Source of the DNA: a virus
DNA: 64,000 nucleotides
Reading direction: 5' to 3' (one strand)
Virus record (IMG/VR): IMGVR_UViG_3300044846_005100
Span: 76,224 to 140,223 of that record
Position numbers and translations under genes: made by a program. The notes below the pieces were generated by a model. The model was not told the origin of the DNA. It saw only the letters and a list, made by a program, of their open reading frames with translations, and searched no databases. Shown here piece by piece: positions 27,273 through 37,687 of the stretch. Position 1 is the stretch's first letter. The number at the start of each line of letters is the position of its first letter.

Positions 27273-27976
27273 TGTTTTCAATAAAAGAAGCCCATTATAA
27301 ATTTAAACAACATGCTAACAAAGTAGACGGTTTAAGAAATGCTAATTTCCTAATACCTCAGATTGATGAGTATTTGTGGGAAGCATATATAATTTGGCTA
27401 GAAAACATTTGTGAACAGCTAGAAATAAATCAAAAGAGAAGAGATGATATTAGAGAGTTGGAAATAAAAGACTTTCCTCTCACTGTAACTAAGATCAACG
27501 ATGATTATTACACAGCAGATCTTCCTTTAGACTATTATAGATATTTAGAGTCTTACTCTGTATGCTTTACAGCTACTTGTCCAAAGAAAACAATTAAGAA
27601 TTTTTTCATACAAAAGGATGATATTTATACAAATGATCCTATGTTTAATTCTTCTTATACTTTTGAAAGAGTAAACATGGATATGTCTGGAAATAAATTA
27701 TATCTATACTATGAAGGATTTAATATTGATAAAGTATTTCTCACTTATATAAGAAAACCTTTACGTCCAGGGAACCCTCAAGACTTTATTAATGGAGGAG
27801 GAACATATAAGCTTCCTAATGGTACTTTAGCTGTACAGAGAGATATAGAAGTAAATTCTACTTTCCAATCAAACAAAATTATAGATATTGCAGTATTAAT
27901 CGCAATGAGAGACGTAGGTAATACTATAGATTTTGAATCACAATTAAATAAAATATTAAATATATCAAAAATTTAA
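27272..27976 (+). CDS. head-tail connector/ring protein
   Basis: EIDxxL-like, LPxDY and TYIRKP motifs; synteny. Confidence 0.7.
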   Translation: MFSIKEAHYKFKQHANKVDGLRNANFLIPQIDEYLWEAYIIWLENICEQLEINQKRRDDIRELEIKDFPLTVTKINDDYYTADLPLDYYRYLESYSVCFTATCPKKTIKNFFIQKDDIYTNDPMFNSSYTFERVNMDMSGNKLYLYYEGFNIDKVFLTYIRKPLRPGNPQDFINGGGTYKLPNGTLAVQRDIEVNSTFQSNKIIDIAVLIAMRDVGNTIDFESQLNKILNISKI

Positions 27977-27998
27977 CAAACTTTAAATAAAAATCAAA

Positions 27999-29174
27999 AT
28001 GAGATCAAGAATTCAAAAACAAATGTTCCTTCCTACTTCTGCAGTTGCAGGTAGTGCTACAGGATACGGTATTGTTGCAACTGGTACTGCATTTTACAAT
28101 GCTACTTCTAAACAATATCTTTTAAGACCAGGTCAAATCGGGTTTTACAACGCTGAAACTAATACAGCAGTAGATGCTACTACTATTGTAGGAGTAAAAT
28201 CAATTTATGTTGCTATTGGAGTTGACAAAAACGCTTCAAAAACCACTTCAGACGGAGTTAGATTAGCAGCAGGAGAAACTTTAACTTCATGTTCAATGGA
28301 CGATGCAAGTGTTAAAGCTCCTCAAGAAGGTGCTTCTAACAAAGCTAAGTTTAACTTCTCTTGTACAGATTGTGCTCAAAACTATTCAATCGGTATCAGA
28401 ATTAACGACCCTACATTGAACTTTTTCTACCCAGAAAATAGATACCATGTAGAAACTATTTCAGTTCAATCTGAAGATTGTCCTACATGTGATGGAGATT
28501 GCGACTACACACATGATTGTGAAGAAGTTGCTTTAAAATTCAAAGCTGCTATTGAGTCAAATGAGTTATTGTCAAAATATGTTGACAATGTAAGAACTTC
28601 TGCAGACCCAGTTACTCCAATTACCCCTGCTCCAGGATTTTCTTGTGCAATTGAAGTTACTTTCAAAGTAAACACTGCAGATTGTGTATGTTTCCCTCCA
28701 GCAGAAGCTATCATTGATAGATATACTATTGGATCTATCCAAGTTATCTTGAATTCAGCATGGGCTCCAAATTCTACAAGTGTTTCTGTAGATAATACAG
28801 GAATGCAATTGCCAGAAGGTCATGGTGCTAAATTGCAATGGGAAGAGTACAATGAAATGCCAGGTGGTACAGGTTTCGATGGTTTGAACAGTGAAGTTGA
28901 AACTACAGGAGCTCCTTACTACGCTCAATTGGGTGTATCAAGAACTAAAAACTTGTTAGTTGATTGTAATCAAACATATTGCCAATATGTATTGGGTTAT
29001 CATACAGTATCTCCAAATGAGAATGCAAACGGTATGAATTGGAATCCAAACTTTATCACAACTATCTTAGTTCCAGAAGCACATACTACTACTCAAACTG
29101 CAGTAGAAGCTACTTTGAATGCTTTTGTTACAACAGGACCTTGTGGTAAAACAATTGACCTTGAGTGTCTATAA
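27999..29174 (+). CDS. abundant structural protein (auxiliary capsid-like)
   Basis: 391 aa, Cys-rich, high-expression codon usage, followed by a strong terminator. Confidence 0.65.
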   Translation: MRSRIQKQMFLPTSAVAGSATGYGIVATGTAFYNATSKQYLLRPGQIGFYNAETNTAVDATTIVGVKSIYVAIGVDKNASKTTSDGVRLAAGETLTSCSMDDASVKAPQEGASNKAKFNFSCTDCAQNYSIGIRINDPTLNFFYPENRYHVETISVQSEDCPTCDGDCDYTHDCEEVALKFKAAIESNELLSKYVDNVRTSADPVTPITPAPGFSCAIEVTFKVNTADCVCFPPAEAIIDRYTIGSIQVILNSAWAPNSTSVSVDNTGMQLPEGHGAKLQWEEYNEMPGGTGFDGLNSEVETTGAPYYAQLGVSRTKNLLVDCNQTYCQYVLGYHTVSPNENANGMNWNPNFITTILVPEAHTTTQTAVEATLNAFVTTGPCGKTIDLECL

Positions 29175-29199
29175 AAATTAATATTATTAAGTAAAATTA

Positions 29200-29262
29200 A
29201 TTAATATATTGTTTTGTGTGTGGAGTAGGTAGCAGAGATTTCTTTGCTACCTATTTTTTTTT
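29200..29262 (+). ncRNA. candidate 3'-UTR-derived antisense sRNA with terminator
   Basis: Seed TAATATATTGTTTTGTGTGTGGA directly before the terminator AGTAGGTAGCAGAG/CTTTGCTACCTATT plus T run; complementary to several gene leaders. Confidence 0.45.
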
Positions 29263-29324
29263 ACATACTAAAAATTTTTTATAATATAAAAATTAATACT
29301 TATTTTTGTTGAAAATATAAATAC

Positions 29325-30140
29325 ATGAAAAAAATAAATATTATTTCAGAGGCAATTTATAAAGGCAAGCACAAACTTGTCAATCAAGGTGCCTTTATTA
29401 ATATGTCAGACTTAGTGGGAGACATATTCTCTTGTTTTAACATTCAATGTTGTAATGGACTACTTGATAGTAAATCAGATTTTTTTATAAGAAAATCCTC
29501 TTTAATTTACAGCAGAAAAAAACCAGGAGCTAACTGGCAATCGCTTAACAAATTAGTTTTGGATGTTTATAACTGTTTTACAGGTACAACATTATGTCCA
29601 GGTTCAAGAAGTGCACAATGGTGGATTACTACTGATGTAATCAGACCTGCAAAAACTGTCGAAACGATTAATTTTACCCCAATTATAGAAAAAGTATTGG
29701 AATGTTGTGGTATTATGAATAAATGCATTCCTTTAAATTTTAGAGCGTATGCAGATGGATGGATAACAGCAGGAATAACCAGCAAATCTGATTTCTTAGC
29801 ATTATTGAATGCTATGGGTAACGGATCCCCAGTTGTAAGTAATTTTGCAAAACAAGGAGATTATCTTGCAGCATCTATTTCAGGAGCAGAAATACTAGAC
29901 TTTAGATTTTTAGCTAGTCCTCGATTATTTTCAATTACTACTTTACCAGTAGAGACTACTTACATAGATATTTCTGGCCAAGGATTTAATACAGATAATT
30001 TAGACATTACAGCTGAAACATTATTAAATGGATTTTTGCCTAAAAGTTATTGGAATAGTTCAGCTCAACAAACTGGAGACCAACCTAGTGGAAGTGTTCA
30101 AGCAGATTTAACTACAAATGTAACAAGCGTTACTTTTTAA
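29325..30140 (+). CDS. Cys-rich virion accessory protein A1
   Basis: About 130-aa N-terminus shared with 30153..30746; distinct C-terminus. Confidence 0.7.
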   Translation: MKKINIISEAIYKGKHKLVNQGAFINMSDLVGDIFSCFNIQCCNGLLDSKSDFFIRKSSLIYSRKKPGANWQSLNKLVLDVYNCFTGTTLCPGSRSAQWWITTDVIRPAKTVETINFTPIIEKVLECCGIMNKCIPLNFRAYADGWITAGITSKSDFLALLNAMGNGSPVVSNFAKQGDYLAASISGAEILDFRFLASPRLFSITTLPVETTYIDISGQGFNTDNLDITAETLLNGFLPKSYWNSSAQQTGDQPSGSVQADLTTNVTSVTF

Positions 30141-30152
30141 TAAATAGACTAT

Positions 30153-30746
30153 ATGTACATAATATCAGAAGCAATTTTTAAAGGACAAAGTAAGCCTGCT
30201 AAATTAGCAGGTTATACTAGTTTTAGTAATATATTATGTGATATATTTAGTTGTTATAATTTAACATGTAATGCTACAACAAATACTTACATAAAAAAAG
30301 CGTATTTAATTAAATCTAATAAAAAACCTAAAAATAAATTTATTTCACTTACAAAACTTATCCTAGATATTTATAATTGTAAAAAAGGAACAAGTTTATG
30401 TATTCCAGAAGGAGCATATCAATGGTGGATAGATGGGGGTCAAATTAGACCAAAAGCTACAATAGAAACTTTAAATTTTAATAAGATAGTAGTAAATTTA
30501 TTATCTTGTTGTGGATTAGTGTCTTGTGGAGGATGTAGTTTGGCAAATGCTACGGTAGATTTAACAGATTTAGCAGGTAATCATATTGCATATATATTCC
30601 CTAATAATACTATTTGTCCTGAAGCAACAGTTGTGTTAAATGATTTAGCAGGAAATTTACTAGGATATATACTTCCGTCTAACACAGATGGAACTACAGT
30701 TCAAATAACAGATTTAGCAGGTAATACCCTAGGATGGGCATATTAA
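30153..30746 (+). CDS. Cys-rich virion accessory protein A2
   Basis: Shared N-terminus; three C-terminal DLAGNxxG/AY-type repeats. Confidence 0.7.
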   Translation: MYIISEAIFKGQSKPAKLAGYTSFSNILCDIFSCYNLTCNATTNTYIKKAYLIKSNKKPKNKFISLTKLILDIYNCKKGTSLCIPEGAYQWWIDGGQIRPKATIETLNFNKIVVNLLSCCGLVSCGGCSLANATVDLTDLAGNHIAYIFPNNTICPEATVVLNDLAGNLLGYILPSNTDGTTVQITDLAGNTLGWAY

Positions 30747-30774
30747 AAATTAAAATAATAAAATAAAAATATAA

Positions 30775-32073
30775 ATGGCAACAATAATAACAAGTACAGA
30801 TATAGGAGCAAACTTAGGGTTTACAGGAAGTCCTTTAAAACTTGCAGCTAGAGAACAATTAAGAGGTAATAATTATATAGTAGTTTATGGAAATAATAAT
30901 ACTACTCAACAAAATGGAATTGAATTATTTTCTAAATTAAATTTTGCAAAAATCTCTACTCCTAATGGGCTACCTTTATCTGACAAAAACAGAATGACGG
31001 TAATAGTTGCTCCTGGAGTTTATATTTTACCTGTCTCTATAGACTGGTTAGATATGGATACTCCTTATATAAATTTAGTATCTTTAACAGGTGAAGCAGA
31101 TGTATCTTTAATTTCTTTAAATAGTGCTACTGCTATAAAAGTTACTACTTCAGATATTAAAATAAAAGGATTTAATTTAACAGAACAAAGTAATAATATT
31201 ATTATAGAAGGTGCATATAGTAATAATTATTTTGAAAATATAATTGGAGGAGATTATAACTTTTCTAATGGAACCTTTAGGGGTCAAGTTGCAGGAAATT
31301 TTAAAAATTGTGTAGGAGGAAATCAATGTTTTGCAGATATAAATAATGAAGAAATGTTAATAAGTTCTACATTAGAAAATTGCACTGCTTCAGATTTTTC
31401 ATTTGGTCTTGAAATAGTGGAAAGTACTTTAATTAATTGTTTAGCTGGTGCTCAAAGTTTTGGATATAAGTCAATAATTAGTAGTTATTTAACTGATTGT
31501 ACTGCACGAGGAGAGTCTTTTGGATGTGCAAGTGGAATTTTTGGTTCTACATTAACAAATTGTACTGCTGGTGATTTTTCTTTTGGAAGAACTGATTTAC
31601 TTGGACAACCAACTATTATAGAAAAATCTCAATTAAATAATTGCAAAGCAGGGGTAAATTCTTTTTCAGTTGGGAATGTTGATGACAGTTCATTTATTAA
31701 TTGTGTAGGAGGAGATGAATCCTTTGGTGCAAATATTGCTAATAGCATTTATAAAAACTGTAAAGGTGGAAATAATTCTTTTGGTGCAGGACAACTACTA
31801 AGTTGGCCAGATTTGACTGCAGGAGGTAATTTTTATAATTGTGAAGCAGGAGATGGCAGTTTTGGTATAAACATTTCAAATGGTAATTATTATTACTGTA
31901 TAGCAGGAGGTGATAGTTTTACTGGAAGAACTCAAGGTGGTATGGGAGGTTATGCTGCTTATTGTAAAGGTATGAATCCAACAAGTTCAGGTTCAAGTAC
32001 AGCTATTTATTGTACAGATGCAACTAATAACCCTGTTAATTACGGATTAGGTTCAACAACAAATAATATATAA
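30775..32073 (+). CDS. beta-helix fibre/spike protein with NCxAGxxSFG repeats
   Basis: Many Cys-Gly-Phe repeats; TPNGLPLS..NR..IV.PG.Y domain shared with 38446..39513. Confidence 0.7.
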   Translation: MATIITSTDIGANLGFTGSPLKLAAREQLRGNNYIVVYGNNNTTQQNGIELFSKLNFAKISTPNGLPLSDKNRMTVIVAPGVYILPVSIDWLDMDTPYINLVSLTGEADVSLISLNSATAIKVTTSDIKIKGFNLTEQSNNIIIEGAYSNNYFENIIGGDYNFSNGTFRGQVAGNFKNCVGGNQCFADINNEEMLISSTLENCTASDFSFGLEIVESTLINCLAGAQSFGYKSIISSYLTDCTARGESFGCASGIFGSTLTNCTAGDFSFGRTDLLGQPTIIEKSQLNNCKAGVNSFSVGNVDDSSFINCVGGDESFGANIANSIYKNCKGGNNSFGAGQLLSWPDLTAGGNFYNCEAGDGSFGINISNGNYYYCIAGGDSFTGRTQGGMGGYAAYCKGMNPTSSGSSTAIYCTDATNNPVNYGLGSTTNNI

Positions 32074-32077
32074 GAAT

Positions 32078-32359
32078 ATGAAATATTTAAAATTAAAAAA
32101 TAACAATTGGGTAGAAATTACTGCTACTAAAGTTGATACTAGAAATGAGGAAACTAATTTAGTTAAAACTACTATTGAAAATGTAGAAAGTAAGGCTCCA
32201 AAAGAAGAAGTTAAAAAAGCTCAAGATAAATTAAATACATTATCAGTTAAAGATAACAAAAACTTTGAATTGATTTCTGCTGTTTATATTGGAGGAGAAA
32301 TAAATAAGCTCAATGTAGAATATAATTTATTGGGGGAATATAATCAAAATTTTATTTAG
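32078..32359 (+). CDS. small protein following spike gene (possible assembly chaperone)
   Basis: Similar N-terminus and position to 39533..39856. Confidence 0.55.
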   Translation: MKYLKLKNNNWVEITATKVDTRNEETNLVKTTIENVESKAPKEEVKKAQDKLNTLSVKDNKNFELISAVYIGGEINKLNVEYNLLGEYNQNFI

Positions 32360-32410
32360 TAAACTCAAAATTAATTCTCATATTTGCAATAGATAATTTA
32401 AAATTATTTT

Positions 32411-33079
32411 ATGGCAGATTTTTCAAATGAAAGAGAAAAAACAATAAGGTTCCAAATTAGTTTAAACGAGGAACAAAAGCAAGCAAAAGCAATTATATTA
32501 GATAATAGCATTACTTATATTTCAGGAAAGGCAGGGTCTGGTAAGACATTATTATGCTGCCAAGTTGCTTTAGATTTGTTTTTTAAGAAGCAAGTAAAAC
32601 ATATAATAATAACAAGACCTGCTGTAGAAGCAGGAGAGAAGCTTGGGTTTTTACCAGGTGGTTTAGAAGAAAAGCTTGACCCTTATGTTCAAGCAATTTA
32701 TCAAAATTTTTATGCATTGTATAAAAAAGAAAAGGTAGATAAAATGATACAAGATGGTATTATACAAATAAGACCATTTGCTTATATGAGAGGAAGTACT
32801 TTTTGTGATGCTGTAATTATTGTAGATGAAGTTCAAAATACTACAGAGTCTCAAGTAAAAATGGTTATGGAGAGATTAGGCAAGGGGAGTAAAATGATGT
32901 TATGTGGAGATGTTAATCAAATAGATTTAGCTCGTAATGTTACTTCAGGTATTAAATTTTTAGATTATTTAAAAGAAAATGGTTTAAATAAATTTGAAAA
33001 AGTAGTATTATTAACTAACCACAGAGACCCAATAGTAGAAGATATATTAAACTTATACGAGAGTTTTAAAAATAAATAA
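32411..33079 (+). CDS. phoH: PhoH-like ATPase
   Basis: GKAGSGKT, ITRPAVE, LGFLPG, MRGSTF, DEVQN, GDVNQID and HRDPIV motifs. Confidence 0.95.
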   Translation: MADFSNEREKTIRFQISLNEEQKQAKAIILDNSITYISGKAGSGKTLLCCQVALDLFFKKQVKHIIITRPAVEAGEKLGFLPGGLEEKLDPYVQAIYQNFYALYKKEKVDKMIQDGIIQIRPFAYMRGSTFCDAVIIVDEVQNTTESQVKMVMERLGKGSKMMLCGDVNQIDLARNVTSGIKFLDYLKENGLNKFEKVVLLTNHRDPIVEDILNLYESFKNK

Positions 33080-33081
33080 AA

Positions 33082-33648
33082 ATGAATTTAAACTTAGAAT
33101 TTAGCCAACATAGTTGTACATATATTTATGTAAACAATACTTCAGAGTATGATTTAACATTAGGTGCAATTAAATCAACATATATTAATGTATTGGTTCC
33201 TGGGCAAACTGTTACAAAAAAATTATTAATTCCTTTTGAAGGCCAACTTACTTTAAATGCTAAAAATTTAGGCCAACAAACTAACCTTAGTAAATATTTG
33301 CAAGATATTACTGAAGGATATTACACTATGGAATTAGTTGTTGAACAACAATTAAATCCTAACAGTCCTTTAGTAGTAAACAAAGAAACTTTTTGTTACT
33401 TTAATACATGCCAATTAGATTGTACTATTGATAAGAAAACATTAGAGCTTTTACAAAACAAATGTTGTAATGAAAATGATTGTACAGGAAAATTAACCCA
33501 AGAAACAAAAGATATTGAAACTCTAAAATTATATAGAGAAGGATTGAAGTCTTCAGCTAGTCTTTGTAAAAAAGAAACTGCTATGGAAATATATCAATGT
33601 CTTCAATATAAATTAGGAGTCCTAAATATTGATTGTGGCTGCAAATAA
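33082..33648 (+). CDS. tail structural protein (hub-like)
   Basis: LNAKNLG and EGYY motifs, C-terminal CGC; crAss-like tail context. Confidence 0.55.
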   Translation: MNLNLEFSQHSCTYIYVNNTSEYDLTLGAIKSTYINVLVPGQTVTKKLLIPFEGQLTLNAKNLGQQTNLSKYLQDITEGYYTMELVVEQQLNPNSPLVVNKETFCYFNTCQLDCTIDKKTLELLQNKCCNENDCTGKLTQETKDIETLKLYREGLKSSASLCKKETAMEIYQCLQYKLGVLNIDCGCK

Positions 33649-34265
33649 ATAGAAAAATGAAGTTAAGTACTTATAAAGATTTATTGTGTGATTTAGATGC
33701 CCAGATTTCAAAACTGGTGCAATCTTTTTGTAGATCCGAAACTTACGGATATAAAGTTTGTAAAGATAAACTACAAAAACTAATTCATACAAAACAACTT
33801 TTAGAAAATAATTTTAATCTACCCGAAATGAGTAGATTGTTTTATAGTTGTACTAGCAATGAAGATGGCACCATTAAAACAATAAAAAGATTTAATAAAA
33901 TTGTAGGAAATAAAGTAGAATTAATAGTAAAAACTATTACTAAAACATTAAATACTACTCGTCAATTTTATTTTGAACTTCCAACTATTCCTCATACAGA
34001 AGGTTTTTATATTTATTCATTATGGATAAATTGTCAATTAAATTCTGTAGAAGATGTAGATAAAGTATTAGCAATTTTAGAAAAAGCAAATTATTTAGGA
34101 TTTTATGGGTTTCAATATGATGCATTTAATAATGCTATTGGTGCTAATGAATCTTATGTATATGAAGAAGAATTTTCTTATGAATATGTAGATTTTGATG
34201 TATTAAATACTCTTCAGTGTTTAAATGAAAAGCCTATTATTTCATTAATAGAAAAAATTAACTAA
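33633..34265 (+). CDS. tail-associated protein
   Basis: About 210 aa; start probably at the internal MKLS. Confidence 0.55.
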   Translation: MWLQINRKMKLSTYKDLLCDLDAQISKLVQSFCRSETYGYKVCKDKLQKLIHTKQLLENNFNLPEMSRLFYSCTSNEDGTIKTIKRFNKIVGNKVELIVKTITKTLNTTRQFYFELPTIPHTEGFYIYSLWINCQLNSVEDVDKVLAILEKANYLGFYGFQYDAFNNAIGANESYVYEEEFSYEYVDFDVLNTLQCLNEKPIISLIEKIN

Positions 34266-34312
34266 AAACTTAAAATTTATTTATAGTTTTGTAAACTATT
34301 AAAACAAAAAAT

Positions 34313-35329
34313 ATGTGTGAAGAATGTAATCCTATAGAAAGTAATACTGGAGTAATTCATTACTCTGGGCCAGACTTAGTTATATGTAATGGAAATACCA
34401 TTACTAATGGAGAATTACTTACTTCTGTAATCGCAAAAATAGATAATTGTATTGGAGCATTACAGTTTGAATTAGATTTTACAGGATTAGTTGAAAATAG
34501 TCCTTGTATTAATTTAACAAAAACTTCTTTACAAACAGTATTGCAAAGTATTTTAAACACTGAGTCTGCTTATTGTACTCAATTGCAAACTTTAAATACT
34601 CAAATAACAAATTTACAAACTCAAGTAAATAATTTACTTTTAGCAAAACCTGTTGTAGTAACTGCTTGTGATCCTAGTAGAGTACAATTAACTCAGGGAA
34701 ATGTAGTAAATACTTTTAAAGTAAATGGACTTGTTCCTCCTAAAACTATATTACCTTATTTTGGTTTACCTACCGATTTTAGTCCTACAGGATTAGGTAT
34801 AGCAGGTACACAAACTGCAGGATGGGCTATAGCAAATGGACAAAATGGAACTATTAAAGTTATAGATACTGCTAATTTAATTTTTCCTTTTATAAAATAT
34901 GGTCCTTCAGCAATTACTACTTCAAGTGGAAGTAATACAGTAACTTTAGATGCTCCTAATATTCCAGAAGTATCTTTTACTACAAATGCTAACTTTGATT
35001 TAGATTTTACAGGAGAAACAGATTTAGATGGTAAACATAGACATAAGTTTCCAATTTCTGAAAATGATTGTGGAGATTGTAATGATGGAATTCCTTCTGG
35101 AGATCCTACATCATGCCAAGGTGCAGGACTAAATCCAGAAAGCGGAGATATTCAATGTTATAGCGATGGATACTGTTCTGCGGCAGGAGAACATTCTCAT
35201 ACATTTACTATTAATTCAACTGCAACAGGATCTTTTAATGCTGTAGTAGGAAATCCTGAACCTGAATCTTTTAGTGTTGTCCCTGTTCATATACAAGCTA
35301 TTCCTATACAATGGGTGGGTCTATGTTAA
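34313..35329 (+). CDS. tail fibre protein with collar domain
   Basis: Coiled coil, GWAIANGQNGT collar motif, HRH and HSH metal-binding tip motifs. Confidence 0.75.
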   Translation: MCEECNPIESNTGVIHYSGPDLVICNGNTITNGELLTSVIAKIDNCIGALQFELDFTGLVENSPCINLTKTSLQTVLQSILNTESAYCTQLQTLNTQITNLQTQVNNLLLAKPVVVTACDPSRVQLTQGNVVNTFKVNGLVPPKTILPYFGLPTDFSPTGLGIAGTQTAGWAIANGQNGTIKVIDTANLIFPFIKYGPSAITTSSGSNTVTLDAPNIPEVSFTTNANFDLDFTGETDLDGKHRHKFPISENDCGDCNDGIPSGDPTSCQGAGLNPESGDIQCYSDGYCSAAGEHSHTFTINSTATGSFNAVVGNPEPESFSVVPVHIQAIPIQWVGLC

Positions 35330-35358
35330 TAATAAATAATAAATAAAAAATAAATACT

Positions 35359-37137
35359 ATGTGTAATAATTATCCAAATTGTAACTGTCCAAGTTGTACA
35401 CAATGTCAAGATTGTACTCAAGTAACTCCTACTTGTAATTGTACAACAACTTGTACCTGTACTACTGAACAGTTTACAGAAGAATGTCCTAATGGATTAC
35501 AATCTACTGATTGTTTAGTATATACTGGAGACAACTTAAAAAATTGTCAAAATAATGATTTTTTACTTAGAGGTACAAATTTTAATACATTTTTATCCCA
35601 ACTTTGGGAAACAGTTAAATGTGCTGCAACAGCAACTACAGATACAATAGATTATGTAGGTACAGATATTAAAGATTGTACTAATACTATAACTATTGTT
35701 ACTACAAATACTCCTGTAACTACAGCTTTAAATAATATATGGAATTATATTAAATGTTGGAAAAATGATTTACAAACTTTAATAACTAATAGACAACCTA
35801 TTTGGACAGGAAGTAGTTCTATTACAGTAGGAAGTAGTCAACCTGCTCCTTATAATAATATAAATACTGCTTTAGCTGAATTAGCTAAATATCATTTTAA
35901 TACTACATTTAGTATTTATTTAGAAGATGGTAATTATGGTACAAATAATGAAGTTATTTTTGATAGTTTTTTTAATGATAAAAATACATTAATTGTAGAA
36001 TCATTATCTGGTATTAAAGAAAATGTAATTATAAAATCAATTCCAGGAACAACTGCAATTGAACTAAAAAAAGGAAATTTATTATTTAGAAGAATTAGTT
36101 TAGGTACTAATAATACAAATCCTGTTTTAAAAATAAAAGGATCAGGAACTAATGTAAATTTAGATGAAGTTAAATTAATTACTAATCCTGGAGATAAAAC
36201 TTTAATTGATGTTTCTGAAAGTGCATCTATAAATTTAAAAAATTGTACATTTGTAGATTCAAATACTGCAAATACATCTCCTTTTATTTATGCTGAAAGA
36301 CAAGGAAATGTTACTATTTCTGGAGGTACATATACAGTAAATAGAAATTTTTTTACAGGAAGAAATGCTAGTTTGTATTTAACAGGAAGTTCTATTAATT
36401 TTACAAATCTTGTTGCTACATATTTATTTGTTTTTACAGCAAATAGTACTGGTAATATAATTAACACTACTATAATAAATTCAAATGTTTTAGGACCACA
36501 AAGTACCGCTTTTTATAGTGAACAAAGTACACTTTATGTATATAATGCTTTTAATGTTACTACATATTGTATTGAGGGATTTCAAACAGCATTTAATATT
36601 TTAGAAAATTCTTCGGTTTATATTTATAATCAAAATAATTACTCTAAATACAATAATACATATTTTTGCGTTACAACTTCAAGTAATTTTAATATGTTTA
36701 GTGGACATATTGGATGTTTTGATTATACTATTCCTACACTTGGTGTTTATAATTTATCAAGTAAAGTAAGATTAAATGGGGTATATTTAGAATCTAATAG
36801 AGTAATTAATAGTTGGAATAATGCAGATAGTACTTTTGAAAATTGTACTTTTGTATTTAATACAACTTGGGCTTTAGCAAATCCTACTCAAAATAAATTT
36901 TTTATTTGGGAAGATAATGGTTGTACTTCTACTTTTGCCAATTGTACTTTAGATTTAAATAATTTATCTACAGGAATTAGAAGTTCTGTTAATGGTACAC
37001 AATTTTGGATAGATTCTAGTAATTTTATAAATGTACCTGGTAATGCAAGACTTATTTCAGATTTTAATTCAATTGTATATGCACCTTTAGTTACTGGAAT
37101 TACAAAATTAGCTGGTACTAATAGTCTTATTTATTAG
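35359..37137 (+). CDS. tail spike with Cys-rich N-terminus and pectate-lyase-like beta-helix
   Basis: PYNNINTAL...IYLEDGNY beta-helix cap followed by Asn/Ser/Thr-rich rungs. Confidence 0.7.
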   Translation: MCNNYPNCNCPSCTQCQDCTQVTPTCNCTTTCTCTTEQFTEECPNGLQSTDCLVYTGDNLKNCQNNDFLLRGTNFNTFLSQLWETVKCAATATTDTIDYVGTDIKDCTNTITIVTTNTPVTTALNNIWNYIKCWKNDLQTLITNRQPIWTGSSSITVGSSQPAPYNNINTALAELAKYHFNTTFSIYLEDGNYGTNNEVIFDSFFNDKNTLIVESLSGIKENVIIKSIPGTTAIELKKGNLLFRRISLGTNNTNPVLKIKGSGTNVNLDEVKLITNPGDKTLIDVSESASINLKNCTFVDSNTANTSPFIYAERQGNVTISGGTYTVNRNFFTGRNASLYLTGSSINFTNLVATYLFVFTANSTGNIINTTIINSNVLGPQSTAFYSEQSTLYVYNAFNVTTYCIEGFQTAFNILENSSVYIYNQNNYSKYNNTYFCVTTSSNFNMFSGHIGCFDYTIPTLGVYNLSSKVRLNGVYLESNRVINSWNNADSTFENCTFVFNTTWALANPTQNKFFIWEDNGCTSTFANCTLDLNNLSTGIRSSVNGTQFWIDSSNFINVPGNARLISDFNSIVYAPLVTGITKLAGTNSLIY

Positions 37138-37168
37138 TAAATAATTAAATAAAATAAAATATAAAGAA

Positions 37169-37687
37169 ATGAATGAATTTAGAGTAAAATATGTAAAATT
37201 AACTACAGATTATTTCGTAGATTTTTTATCTCAAGAAAATAAAACTTTTTTAGTTTTAGATAAAGATCAAACTGTAATTTTTGATGCTTTTCAAGTTAAA
37301 CCTGATAATAAATATAAATTTTTAGAGTGGGCACAAAAAGCTAGAATTAAATGGAACTTTCCTGCTTCTTGGAGTGGTAATCCTACTGATATGATTGTTA
37401 CAGAAGATGTATATAAGTTTGGTGTATTAGAATCTGTAAATAGTAATTTATGGTTAAATGTTACAACTTTTCCTGGAATTACTTTTCCTAATACTACAAT
37501 AGTAGATAATGAAGGTAATACAATAGTTATTCCTGGGGGAGGAACACCTACAACTATTACTACTAGTAATAAAACATTTGCAGAAATGTATGCAGAAGCA
37601 ACTTTACAAGGAGTATTTTTTGGAGAAGTTTATTTACCAGAACTATATGTAGGAAAAGCTACAGCAGGAGGAGATTTATTTGTATAA
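37169..37687 (+). CDS. virion accessory protein
   Basis: 172 aa in the fibre block. Confidence 0.6.
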   Translation: MNEFRVKYVKLTTDYFVDFLSQENKTFLVLDKDQTVIFDAFQVKPDNKYKFLEWAQKARIKWNFPASWSGNPTDMIVTEDVYKFGVLESVNSNLWLNVTTFPGITFPNTTIVDNEGNTIVIPGGGTPTTITTSNKTFAEMYAEATLQGVFFGEVYLPELYVGKATAGGDLFV

